From: Patescibacteria group bacterium
Lineage (GTDB): Bacteria; Patescibacteriota; Minisyncoccia; UBA9983
Assembly: GCA_040752125.1 (NCBI GenBank)
Contig: JBFMFK010000003.1
Span: 19,034-83,033, forward strand
Length of the DNA: 64,000 nt
Direction of reading: 5' to 3'
The position numbers and the translations under genes are program-made. This document shows, one piece after another, positions 1 through 8,744 of the stretch (position 1 is the stretch's first letter; each line of letters opens with the position of its first letter). Below the pieces are notes generated by a model. It had not been told where the DNA came from. It searched no databases and worked only from the letters and a program-made list of their open reading frames with translations.

Positions 1-2
1 TT

Positions 3-1016
3 TTGAAAAATAGGGGGTATGAAACATCCGGCATATTTTTAAATTTAGGGCAGATCAACTATAAAAATGCCCTTAATGCTGCAAAAAAAGTGGCAAAAAA
101 AATCGGCATACCTCAAAAAACTATTGATTTAAGAAAGAAATTTAAAAAAGAAGTCATTGATTATTTTTTAAAAGGATATAGTTGCGGCATTACACCGAAT
201 CCCTGCATCATTTGCAATAAAAAAATCAAATTTAGAGTGGTTTTTGATTTAATGAAAAAATGGAAATATGATTATTTATCTACCGGGCATTATGTAAAAA
301 AAATAAAAGGTATTTCAGGTTTCGAGCTTCGAGTTGCGCGCGACAAAAATAAAGACCAGTCTTATTTTTTGTATAATTTAACCCAAAAACAATTGGCTAA
401 ATTATTATTTCCGCTGGGGAATTACACAAAAGATGAAGTAAAAAAAATGGCGAAAAAATGGAGGCTGAAAACTTTAAAGAGAGAAAGCCACGACATTTGT
501 TTTTTGGCAGGTGAGCATGGAAAATTTTTGCGCCGGCATTTAAAAAAAATAAAAAGAGGTGAAGTTATGGATATAAACGGAAATCTGATAGGGTTTCATG
601 ATGGTTTGCCATTTTATACAATCGGCCAGAGAATCGGCTTGGGCGGAGGGAAGATAGTGCCTTATTATGTTGTAGAAAAAGACGCAAAAAGGAATATTTT
701 AATCATTGCAAGCAAGGCAGAGGAAAAAAAGTTTTATAAAAAAGAAGTAGTTATTAAAAATATTAATTGGATAAGCGGTAAATCTCCGGATTTGAAAAAA
801 GTTTATAAAGCACGAATAAGATATAGGCAGCCGTTGCAAACTTGCAGAATTATATTGCTAAAAACCAAAAACAAAAAAGTTGCCACTTGGAAGCGATCGC
901 ATTTATCTGGTAACATTTTAGCGAAATTTGCAAAACCTCAAAGAGCAGTGACTCCCGGCCAATCCTTGGTTTTATATGATGGACAGAAACTTCTTGGGGG
1001 TGGTATCATAAAATAA
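3..1016 (+). CDS. mnmA: tRNA-specific 2-thiouridylase MnmA, C-terminal part (5' end lies outside the window)
   Basis: The ORF runs from the window edge and the PP-loop N-terminus is missing. The conserved MnmA motifs GITPNPCIICNKKIKF and DQSYFL are present, and it lies next to alaS. Confidence 0.8.
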   Translation: MKNRGYETSGIFLNLGQINYKNALNAAKKVAKKIGIPQKTIDLRKKFKKEVIDYFLKGYSCGITPNPCIICNKKIKFRVVFDLMKKWKYDYLSTGHYVKKIKGISGFELRVARDKNKDQSYFLYNLTQKQLAKLLFPLGNYTKDEVKKMAKKWRLKTLKRESHDICFLAGEHGKFLRRHLKKIKRGEVMDINGNLIGFHDGLPFYTIGQRIGLGGGKIVPYYVVEKDAKRNILIIASKAEEKKFYKKEVVIKNINWISGKSPDLKKVYKARIRYRQPLQTCRIILLKTKNKKVATWKRSHLSGNILAKFAKPQRAVTPGQSLVLYDGQKLLGGGIIK

Positions 1017-1018
1017 TA

Positions 1019-2719
1019 ATGACATCCAGAGAAATCAGAAAAAAATTTTTGGAATTTTTTAAAGAGAAAGGACATACGATTATTCCATCAGCTTCATTGA
1101 TTCCGAATGAAACAGATCCTACTGTTCTTTTTACTACTGCTGGCATGCATCCTTTAGTGCCTTATCTTTTAGGAGCAGACCATCCCGGTGGAAAGCGAGT
1201 GGCAAATATCCAGAAATGCATCCGGACTGTTGATATAGATAAAGTGGGAGACAACAGTCATTTGACTTTTTTTGAAATGCTGGGCAACTGGTCTTTTGGT
1301 GATTATTTTAAGCGCGAGGCGATTGAATGGAGTTTGGAATTTTTAACTGATAAAAAATGGCTAGGAATTAATAAAAATAGAATTAGTGTGACAGTTTTTG
1401 CCGGTGATAAAGATGCGCCGCGAGACGAGGAATCAGCCAAAATCTGGCAATCACTCGGTATTCCTCAAAAAAGAATTTTTTACAAAGGCAAAGAGGATAA
1501 TTGGTGGGAACCAGCAGGAGCTACTGGGCCGTGTGGGCCAGATACAGAAATGTTTATTAACCTGCCTGACGGCAAGGCGGGTGGCACGGAAATCTGGAAT
1601 GATGTTTTTATGGAATACAACAAGAGAGCGGACGGGAAATATGAGATATTAAAACAAAAAAATGTTGATACTGGAATGGGATTGGAAAGAATTGCCATGA
1701 TAATGCAAGGGAAAGATAATGTTTATGAAACAGATTTGTTTGCGCCCGTAATAGAAAAAATTAAAGCAATATCTCTTACAAGTTACAAGTTACAAGTTAC
1801 AAGTTACAGAATTATCGCTGACCATATCAAGGCCGCCACTTTTATTATTGCTGATGGAGTGGAGCCATCAAATTTAGGCAGAGGATATGTGTTAAGAAGA
1901 TTGATTCGCAGAGCAATAAGGCATGGCCGGTTGTTAGGTATAGAAAAAAATTTTACAAAAGAAATTGCAGAAGTTGTCATGGATATTTATAAAGAACAAT
2001 ATCCAGAATTATTAAACAATAAATTAAAAATTATGAATGAACTAAAAAATGAAGAACAAAGATTTAAAAAAACACTAGAAAAAGGATTGAAAGAGTTTGA
2101 AAAAGGAACTGAGCCATTTATTCTTTTTACTACTTACGGTTTCCCTATAGAGTTAACGCAGGAATTAGCAAAAGAAAAAGGAATTGAAATAGATATAAAA
2201 AAATTTAATGAGCAATTAAAAGCACATCAGGAACTTTCGCGGACTGCTTCTGCAGGAATGTTTAAGGGCGGATTAGCAGATGACAGCGAACAAACAACAA
2301 AATATCATACTGCCACACATTTACTTTTGGCCGCATTGAGAAAAATATTGGGTGAGCATGTGATACAAAAAGGAAGCAATATTACAGAAAAAAGACTTAG
2401 GTTTGATTTTAATCATCCTCAAAAACTTACACACGAGCAGATTCAGACAATAGAAGATTTAGTGAATAAGAAAATTGAAGAAAAAATTCCTGTGCAAATG
2501 ACTGAAATGCATAAAGACGAAGCTTTAAAAACAACAAAGATTTCTTTTGATCCGTCAAAATATGGCGAAATAGTGAAAGTTTATCAAATAGGAGATTTTA
2601 GTATTGAACTTTGCGGCGGTCCTCATGTAAAATCAACCAGCGAATTAGGCCATTTTAAAATCATTAAAGAAGATGCCAGTTCAGCTGGTGTCCGCCGGAT
2701 AAGGGCGGTTTTGGAATAA
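1019..2719 (+). CDS. alaS: alanyl-tRNA synthetase, compact form (catalytic + tRNA-recognition + editing HxxxH/CxxxH, no C-Ala domain)
   Basis: It carries the class II AlaRS signature FTTAGMHPLVPYLLG plus RIIADHIKA and GRGYVLRRLIRRA. The editing-site motifs HTATHLLLAAL and CGGPHV are present. Length is 566 aa. Confidence 0.85.
   Translation: MTSREIRKKFLEFFKEKGHTIIPSASLIPNETDPTVLFTTAGMHPLVPYLLGADHPGGKRVANIQKCIRTVDIDKVGDNSHLTFFEMLGNWSFGDYFKREAIEWSLEFLTDKKWLGINKNRISVTVFAGDKDAPRDEESAKIWQSLGIPQKRIFYKGKEDNWWEPAGATGPCGPDTEMFINLPDGKAGGTEIWNDVFMEYNKRADGKYEILKQKNVDTGMGLERIAMIMQGKDNVYETDLFAPVIEKIKAISLTSYKLQVTSYRIIADHIKAATFIIADGVEPSNLGRGYVLRRLIRRAIRHGRLLGIEKNFTKEIAEVVMDIYKEQYPELLNNKLKIMNELKNEEQRFKKTLEKGLKEFEKGTEPFILFTTYGFPIELTQELAKEKGIEIDIKKFNEQLKAHQELSRTASAGMFKGGLADDSEQTTKYHTATHLLLAALRKILGEHVIQKGSNITEKRLRFDFNHPQKLTHEQIQTIEDLVNKKIEEKIPVQMTEMHKDEALKTTKISFDPSKYGEIVKVYQIGDFSIELCGGPHVKSTSELGHFKIIKEDASSAGVRRIRAVLE
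1777..1809. repeat. heptanucleotide tandem repeat (ACAAGTT)x4 inside the alaS coding sequence
   Basis: Direct read: cttACAAGTTACAAGTTACAAGTTACAAGTTACAGaatt, which encodes TSYKLQVTSYR in frame. Confidence 0.9.
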
Positions 2720-2746
2720 AGAAATAAATTTATTATAATATAATTA

Positions 2747-3937
2747 ATGGGTCTTTTTAGGAAAAACAAAAGTAAAAAGGAGCTTATCGCAATTATTGAT
2801 ATCTCCAGTGCCTCGGTGGGGGGAATGTTGTTGGAGAAAAGCCAGGGATCAAGAGAGATTATCTCTTCGGCGAGATATCCGATAAATTTCCTATTTGATA
2901 TAGATTTTCAGGCACATTGGAGATCTACAACAACTTCTATTAATAGGGTTTTAAGTGAGTTAACAAAGAATTATCAAAAAAGACCCGATAAGATTCTCTG
3001 CGTCTTTTCTCTTTTATGGGGTGTGAGCCAGACGAGGATAATTAAAGTGAGGAAAGAGCAATCATTTAAAGTAAAGAAAAATTTCTTGGACAAATTGATA
3101 AATGATGAAGTTAAAATTTTCAAAAGCCAATGGCAAAATAAGACGCCATCTCTCAAGGAAAGTTCTGAACTTATAGAAAGCGAAGCGATGAAAGTTGCCT
3201 TGAACGGATATTTTTTGCAGGATCCCGATGATAAACACGCGAAGACAATAGATATGTACGTTTATATGAGCTTGATTTTAAAAGAAGTGAGAGACAAAAC
3301 AAGAGAATTATTATCAAGATACCTTGGCGAAACTACGGTTTATTTTCACACTCTTCCCTATGTCATTTTTATTTTTTTAAGGGATGAATTAAATATCTCT
3401 GACAGGTTTATGTTTTTGGAAATAGGCGGTGAGACATCAGAATTATCCACAATAAAAGATGGCATTCTGGAAGAAACCATTTCCTTTCCCAAAGGGAGAA
3501 ATTTCTTGATAAGGAAAATAGCTACTGAATTAAAAACTTTTATAGATGATGCAGAATCGAATTTAAAAAGTTTCAGAGAAAAACATATCTCCAATCATCT
3601 CAGTGCAGGGATTGAAAAAATAATTGATGATAATAAAAAAAATTGGTATGAATATTTTTACAGAATATTCAGTGATCTTTCTCAAGATTGCCCCTTGCCT
3701 CGAGACATATTTGTTCTTGGTGATAAAACGATTACTCCAGAGATAATAGATTTTTTGAAAGATGATTCTTTTTCAAAATTTACCACCCTGGGAAAGCCCC
3801 TAGAAGTCAAGGAGATATCAGCGGAGGACTTAAGTCATTATTTCAAATTTAGAGGAAGTTTCGATAAAGATAAAGATTTGTTTTTGATGATTGAAAGTTT
3901 TTTTGCAGACAGATTTTTAAATTACAATATAAAATAA
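2747..3937 (+). CDS. hypothetical protein, possibly actin-like (ASKHA) ATPase fold (FtsA/PilM-like)
   Basis: The N-terminal IAIIDISSASVGG and the later FLEIGGETSELSTI resemble the phosphate-1 and phosphate-2 motifs of the actin/FtsA/PilM family. The match is weak. Confidence 0.35.
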   Translation: MGLFRKNKSKKELIAIIDISSASVGGMLLEKSQGSREIISSARYPINFLFDIDFQAHWRSTTTSINRVLSELTKNYQKRPDKILCVFSLLWGVSQTRIIKVRKEQSFKVKKNFLDKLINDEVKIFKSQWQNKTPSLKESSELIESEAMKVALNGYFLQDPDDKHAKTIDMYVYMSLILKEVRDKTRELLSRYLGETTVYFHTLPYVIFIFLRDELNISDRFMFLEIGGETSELSTIKDGILEETISFPKGRNFLIRKIATELKTFIDDAESNLKSFREKHISNHLSAGIEKIIDDNKKNWYEYFYRIFSDLSQDCPLPRDIFVLGDKTITPEIIDFLKDDSFSKFTTLGKPLEVKEISAEDLSHYFKFRGSFDKDKDLFLMIESFFADRFLNYNIK

Positions 3938-3947
3938 ATTTTTTATT

Positions 3948-5186
3948 ATGTCCCCTAAAATCCTAGAAGACGTTATAAGAAAAAAGAAGATTGAGATTAT
4001 TCCGCAGGCGCCAGCGATTACAAAGACGTGCCGTGGAAAAACTAAAAGAAAATTCTCTTTGAAGATTCTTTTTTGGGTTTTTATTTCTCTTGCCGTTATT
4101 TTCTTTTTGATTATCCTAATAAGTTTTTTTGTTTCAGCCACAGTTAAATATACCCCCAAACAAGAGCTGTTTTCAGCAGATTTAAATATGAAGGCATTTA
4201 GGGGGAATGTTAAAAATAATTCTCTGTTATTTGAAATTATCCAAATGAGCTATGAAGCTTCTCAGTCTTTAGCCGCAACCGAAGTCAAAAATGTTGAGTC
4301 AAGGGCAAATGGCATTATTATCATTTATAATAATTTCAGTTCCAATTCCCAAGTTTTAATTAAAAACACTCGTTTTGAGACGCCTGACGGGAAGATTTAT
4401 AGAATAAATGAAACTATCACTGTTCCCGGGATACAAAAGAGAGATAGCGGTAATATCCCCGGATCACTGGAAGTGAAAGTCTACGCAGATAAGCCAGGCG
4501 ATAAATATAATATCGGCTTGACTGATTTTACAATACCCGGCTTTAAGGGCGACCCGCGTTATGAAAAAATTTACGGCCGATCCAAAACAAATATGTCAGG
4601 AGGATTCATTGGTAAGGCAGCTGTTTTAAGCCAGACAGATATTGATAAAATCAATTTGGTCCTCAGCGATAAAATCAAAAAACATCTGGAAGAAGAAATA
4701 ACAAGCAAAAAACCAAATGGCTTTATTCTTTTCAATAAAGCTCTGATGATTAATCTTGAAGATGCGGTTGAAAATCCTAAGGTCGGAGATGTCGGAGATA
4801 AATTTATTTTTAAAAAGAAGGGGGTGGCAACAGGATTTCTCTTGCCTGAAGAATCTTTTACAAGTCAGATATTGAAAAATTATTTGAGCGAAAATGAAGT
4901 GGCAGAGGTTCGCCTTTTAGATGCTGAGAAACTTGATTTTACTCTTATCAGCAGCAATCAGGATAATACAGAGATTGTCTTTAAAGTAAAAGGAAATGTG
5001 CGCGCTGTTTGGAAAGTTGATGAAGATTCTTTAAGTAATGATCTTTTGAATATCAAAGACAAGAACTATGCTGCTGTGTTTAAAAATTATCCTGCGGTTG
5101 AAAGGGCGGAAATATCTTTCAAGCCATCATGGTGGCAGAATATGCCCAGAAAAAAGTCAAAGATTAAATTTGAAGAGGTCTTGTAA
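3948..5186 (+). CDS. hypothetical membrane-anchored protein (single N-terminal TM helix, large extracytoplasmic domain)
   Basis: The ORF is 412 aa with a hydrophobic segment FWVFISLAVIFFLIILISFFV near the N-terminus. No recognisable catalytic motif. Confidence 0.4.
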   Translation: MSPKILEDVIRKKKIEIIPQAPAITKTCRGKTKRKFSLKILFWVFISLAVIFFLIILISFFVSATVKYTPKQELFSADLNMKAFRGNVKNNSLLFEIIQMSYEASQSLAATEVKNVESRANGIIIIYNNFSSNSQVLIKNTRFETPDGKIYRINETITVPGIQKRDSGNIPGSLEVKVYADKPGDKYNIGLTDFTIPGFKGDPRYEKIYGRSKTNMSGGFIGKAAVLSQTDIDKINLVLSDKIKKHLEEEITSKKPNGFILFNKALMINLEDAVENPKVGDVGDKFIFKKKGVATGFLLPEESFTSQILKNYLSENEVAEVRLLDAEKLDFTLISSNQDNTEIVFKVKGNVRAVWKVDEDSLSNDLLNIKDKNYAAVFKNYPAVERAEISFKPSWWQNMPRKKSKIKFEEVL

Positions 5187-5248
5187 AAATATTTTCAATC
5201 CGGTATCATTTAATCAAAGATAAAATTCCTTATATTAAAGGAGGTTGA

Positions 5249-5686
5249 ATGAAAAAAATCTTAATTTTGGTTTTTGTCTTTGCATTTTTTTTCACCAGCA
5301 ACTGTCTGTTTCTTGAAAAGATGCAAGGTAAAATCTGGGATTTTTTCTTTAAGAAGAAAAATGAATACTATGAAGCGATTGCTTCTTGGTATGGTCCGGG
5401 GTTCTGGGGCAAGTGCCGCGCTGACGGAAAAATCTATCATTTAGATGACAACAAAATTTTTGTTGCTCATAAAGATTATCCTCTTGGAACAAGATTAAAA
5501 ATAACAAACCTGAATAATGGAAAAACCATCGTGGCGAAAGTTCTTGATAGAGGCCCTTATATTTATGGTCGGGAGATAGATCTCTCGTATGGAGCGGCAA
5601 AAATTTTAGGCGCCATAGAACCCGGTTTAATACCGGTAAGAATTGAAAAAATTGAACATTTTTCTTCAAATAGGCGATACCGCTAA
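5249..5686 (+). CDS. rlpA: RlpA-like double-psi beta-barrel lipoprotein (septal ring lytic transglycosylase RlpA family)
   Basis: It has a signal peptide and the core ASWYGPGFWGK...GKTIVAKVLDRGPY characteristic of the RlpA DPBB domain. A strong RBS aaaGGAGGttgaATG precedes it. Confidence 0.75.
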   Translation: MKKILILVFVFAFFFTSNCLFLEKMQGKIWDFFFKKKNEYYEAIASWYGPGFWGKCRADGKIYHLDDNKIFVAHKDYPLGTRLKITNLNNGKTIVAKVLDRGPYIYGREIDLSYGAAKILGAIEPGLIPVRIEKIEHFSSNRRYR

Positions 5687-5708
5687 AGAGGCGGTATCGC
5701 CATTTTTC
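5673..5708 (+). terminator. rho-independent terminator (GGCGATACCGC-taaagag-GCGGTATCGCC + T-run)
   Basis: A perfect 11-bp stem is followed by attttt immediately after the rlpA-like stop. Confidence 0.8.
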
Positions 5709-5754
5709 CACACTTAACAAAAAATAGAAATATGAGATAATAATATAACTCATA

Positions 5755-6009
5755 ATGTCTTTAGGAAAAAGATTAGATTCAAAATTTGGTTTTATAGTGT
5801 TTTTCGGTTTTATCTTGATAGATAGTGTTTTTTTGATTTCAATTTTCAATCGGATGACAGAAGAAGAGGTTAAAAATTTTGATGAATGTGTGCAGAAGGG
5901 CTATCCGGTTTTAAATTCTTCACCAAATAGGGAATGTTCAACTTTAGAAGGACAAGTTTTTATAGAAGAGAGAAGATCTGAGATGAATGTGAACAAAAAC
6001 AAAAAATAA
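5755..6009 (+). CDS. hypothetical small membrane protein
   Basis: ORF only; it has a hydrophobic N-terminal segment and no known motif. Confidence 0.25.
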   Translation: MSLGKRLDSKFGFIVFFGFILIDSVFLISIFNRMTEEEVKNFDECVQKGYPVLNSSPNRECSTLEGQVFIEERRSEMNVNKNKK

Positions 6010-6049
6010 TCTCTCTATCAAAAAATCCTTTATTTTTCATTTTTTCAAT

Positions 6050-6075
6050 TGTATAATATTATATACCATATAATA
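6050..6075 (+). promoter_or_regulatory. extended -10 (TGTATAAT) followed by 8-3-8 AT-rich palindrome TATTATAT-acc-ATATAATA upstream of znuC-like gene; candidate Zur/Fur-family operator
   Basis: Direct sequence read. The operator-overlapping-promoter geometry resembles Zur boxes. Confidence 0.3.
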
Positions 6076-6079
6076 CGCC

Positions 6080-6781
6080 GTGAACAGCAGTATGAATAAT
6101 ATTTTAGAAGTAAACAATCTTTCTGTTAAATTCAGGAATGAAAAGATAATTGACAATCTTTCTTTTAATTTAAAGGAAAAAGATAATCTTGTGATCCTTG
6201 GTCCCAATGGTGCGGGTAAAAGTGTCCTCTTAAAAACTCTTCTGGGGCTTTTGCCGTTTGAGGGAGAGATTAAATGGAAAAAGGAGGTAAGAATCAGCTA
6301 TGTGCCCCAGAAATTTTTCCCTTCCGGCGAGATTCCTCTCAGCGTTGAGGAATTTTTTAAATTAAAGAAAATAGAAAAAAACGAAATTGAAAAATCTTTA
6401 AGATCAGTGGGATTGACTGATTTGGAGATTATGAAGAAAAAGATCGGCGTTATCTCAACAGGAGAGTTTCAAAGAGCGATGATCGCCTGGAGTCTGGCAG
6501 ACAATCCTGATGTTCTGCTTTTTGATGAGCCGACTGCGGGTATTGATATTGGCGGCGAGGAAACTATTTATAATCTTTTGATGCAAATAGAAAAAGAATT
6601 GAATCTGACCATGGTTATTGTTACTCATGAGCTTAATATCATTTATAAATTTGCCAATAGTGTTCTCTGCCTGAATAAAAAAGCAGTTTGCTATGGCACC
6701 CCTGAAGAAGCTCTTACGCCAGAAAGCATTGGTCAATTATACGGAGGGAAGATAAAATTTTATCAGCATCAACATGATTGA
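6080..6781 (+). CDS. znuC: metal (Zn/Mn) ABC transporter ATP-binding protein
   Basis: Walker A GPNGAGKS is present together with the ABC signature, a Walker B LLFDEP, and an H-loop. The gene overlaps the downstream ABC-3 permease. The start may be the ATG at 6092. Confidence 0.8.
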   Translation: MNSSMNNILEVNNLSVKFRNEKIIDNLSFNLKEKDNLVILGPNGAGKSVLLKTLLGLLPFEGEIKWKKEVRISYVPQKFFPSGEIPLSVEEFFKLKKIEKNEIEKSLRSVGLTDLEIMKKKIGVISTGEFQRAMIAWSLADNPDVLLFDEPTAGIDIGGEETIYNLLMQIEKELNLTMVIVTHELNIIYKFANSVLCLNKKAVCYGTPEEALTPESIGQLYGGKIKFYQHQHD

Positions 6782-7544
6782 AGAACAAATTTTTTACAGC
6801 CTGATCGCCGCAATCTTTGTGGGAGGTTCAACAGGGTATCTTGGTTCTTTGATGGTAACAAGGCGGATGGCTTTAGTGGGAGATGCCTTGGGTCATGTGG
6901 CCTTGCCAGGTATAGCTATGGCTCTTTTATATAATTTTAATGTTATCTTGGGTGCGCTCGCCTCTCTTTTTTTTGGAATTTTACTTATCTGGTTTTTACA
7001 TTTCAAAACAGAATTGCATACCGAGGTATTGACAGGAATAATTTTCGCTGTCAGTCTTGCTTTTGCATTTCTCATCCTTCCATCGGAGGATTTAGAGACG
7101 GCATTGATTGGAGATATTGCCAAAATCAATACTCTTGAATTTATCATCACTGTTTTTCTTTCTTCAATCATTTTTCTCATTGTCAGATATATTTATTCCA
7201 AAATTGTTTTAATGACTTTATCAGAAGATTTAGCCAAATCCAAAAAGATAAATGTTAATCTGAACAATCTCATTTATTTGTTGAGCGTTGGAATTATCAT
7301 TGCCCTAGGAATAAAAATAGTCGGCTCGCTTTTAATAGGAGGGCTTGTTATCATTCCTGCGGCAGCCTCAAGAAATTTAAGCAAAAACCTGTCCCAATAT
7401 GTCTTTGGAGCAGTATTTATTGGAATCTTCAGTGCTCTTTCAGGAGTTTTATTATATAGGGCAACCGGCTTTTCTGCCGGTCCAATTATCATTCTTATTG
7501 CCGCCATGGTCTTTTTAATATCATTTTTATTCAAGCAAAAATAA
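6774..7544 (+). CDS. znuB: ABC-3 family metal permease (ZnuB/MntB-like)
   Basis: It is a polytopic membrane protein. The N-terminus GGSTGYLGSLMVTRRMALVGDALGHVALPG is typical of ZnuB-type permeases. Confidence 0.8.
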   Translation: MIEEQIFYSLIAAIFVGGSTGYLGSLMVTRRMALVGDALGHVALPGIAMALLYNFNVILGALASLFFGILLIWFLHFKTELHTEVLTGIIFAVSLAFAFLILPSEDLETALIGDIAKINTLEFIITVFLSSIIFLIVRYIYSKIVLMTLSEDLAKSKKINVNLNNLIYLLSVGIIIALGIKIVGSLLIGGLVIIPAAASRNLSKNLSQYVFGAVFIGIFSALSGVLLYRATGFSAGPIIILIAAMVFLISFLFKQK

Positions 7545-7561
7545 AAAATACGATACAAATA

Positions 7562-8239
7562 ATGCCTAAACATATTGCCATAATAATGGACGGTAATCGA
7601 AGATGGGCGGAAAAAAGAGGATTGCCATCAATTGTCGGCCATAAAAAAGGATATTTGAATTTTAAAAAAATCGCAGAGGCTTGCGATAAACTGGGGATAA
7701 AAATCCTGACAGTTTATGCTTTTTCCACAGAGAATTGGCAGAGAAGCAAAACCGAAGTTTCTTATTTGATGAAGTTATTTGAAGAGAACATAAAAAAAGA
7801 AAGGAAATTTTTTAACAAAAACAATATCCGTTTTAATGTCATTGGTCAGATAGAGAAGTTGCCGGAAAAACTCAGAAAAATAGTTTGTGAGGTGATGGAA
7901 AAGACAAAGGAAAACAAAAAAAGAATTATTAATGTGGCGATCAGTTATGGGGGAAGGGCAGAGATAATCAACGTCATAAAAAAGATTTTAGAGAGAAAGG
8001 TTCCTTCTGATAAAATTGATGAAAAGATTTTTGAGGAATATCTCTACACTGCTGGCCAAAAGAATCCTGATTTGATAATAAGAACAGGTGGCGAAAAGAG
8101 ACTTTCCGGATTTTTAACATGGCAATCTGTATATTCAGAGCTTTATTTTTCTGACAAGCTCTGGCCGGATTTTAATGAAAGAGACTTGAAAGAGGCAATT
8201 CAAGAATTTCAAAAGCGTCAAAGGAGATTTGGCAGATAG
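7562..8239 (+). CDS. uppS: undecaprenyl pyrophosphate synthase (isoprenyl transferase)
   Basis: It carries HIAIIMDGNRRWA and YAFSTENWQRS motifs. The C-terminus RTGGEKRLSGFL is also characteristic. Confidence 0.9.
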   Translation: MPKHIAIIMDGNRRWAEKRGLPSIVGHKKGYLNFKKIAEACDKLGIKILTVYAFSTENWQRSKTEVSYLMKLFEENIKKERKFFNKNNIRFNVIGQIEKLPEKLRKIVCEVMEKTKENKKRIINVAISYGGRAEIINVIKKILERKVPSDKIDEKIFEEYLYTAGQKNPDLIIRTGGEKRLSGFLTWQSVYSELYFSDKLWPDFNERDLKEAIQEFQKRQRRFGR

Positions 8240-8317
8240 TGAAAATACTTGACTCTGTTTTTTCTTTAGTGTAAATTTTAATGTAGAAAAGAAATCTTTT
8301 AAACAGAGGAGGTATGA

Positions 8318-8614
8318 ATGGATTTTAGAATCATCAGTATTAATGGAGTGAAAAAATTTAAGCTTGATCCATGGCAACCGGACAAATTATATCCAGTCCC
8401 GGAAGGCACCCATTACGTTCATGTCAGAGCAGGTAAGTTATGTTTTGGTCAAACTAATAACAATCCCAATCTTAAGTCCAAAACCAGAATCAAGACCAAT
8501 CGGGGAACATTCTTTCTAAATCCCTTAGGTAATAGGTGCAGATTCATTAGTTTTTACTCTTATTTTTACAATTCTAGTGGCCATCATTATGGCGAACCTC
8601 AATGGCACGAGTAA
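8318..8614 (+). CDS. hypothetical protein
   Basis: A strong RBS (gaGGAGGtatgaATG) precedes it and a clear terminator follows. No recognisable motif. Confidence 0.4.
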   Translation: MDFRIISINGVKKFKLDPWQPDKLYPVPEGTHYVHVRAGKLCFGQTNNNPNLKSKTRIKTNRGTFFLNPLGNRCRFISFYSYFYNSSGHHYGEPQWHE

Positions 8615-8628
8615 TGAATTCTAAACAA

Positions 8629-8660
8629 GGGGGAGGTTTTAATCCCCCTTTTTATTTATT
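8629..8660 (+). terminator. rho-independent terminator (GGGGGA-ggttttaa-TCCCCC + TTTTTATTTATTTT)
   Basis: Direct read after the stop of the 8318 ORF. Confidence 0.8.
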
Positions 8661-8676
8661 TTATTTTACTACAAAA

Positions 8677-8701
8677 TGTTCAACTTCCGATATCGAACAT
8701 T
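8677..8701. promoter_or_regulatory. 25-nt palindromic motif TGTTCAACTTCCGATATCGAACATT upstream of ddl; near-identical copy upstream of proS (22893..22917)
   Basis: 22 of 25 nt are identical between the two copies. The second copy is a perfect 11-1-11 palindrome. Confidence 0.5.
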
Positions 8702-8744
8702 TTGAACATTTTGAAAATAAAGACTATGTGGTATTATATCAATA

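Noticed and set aside
1398-1698. Small ORFs on both strands inside alaS
   Set aside because: They lie entirely within the conserved AlaRS reading frame.
2747-5186. Calling the two hypothetical genes pilM and pilN/pilO (type IV pilus assembly)
   Set aside because: There is only weak resemblance of the first protein's phosphate-binding loops to the actin/PilM/FtsA family. The second protein (412 aa) is far larger than PilN/PilO. No pilin, PilB or PilC genes are nearby.
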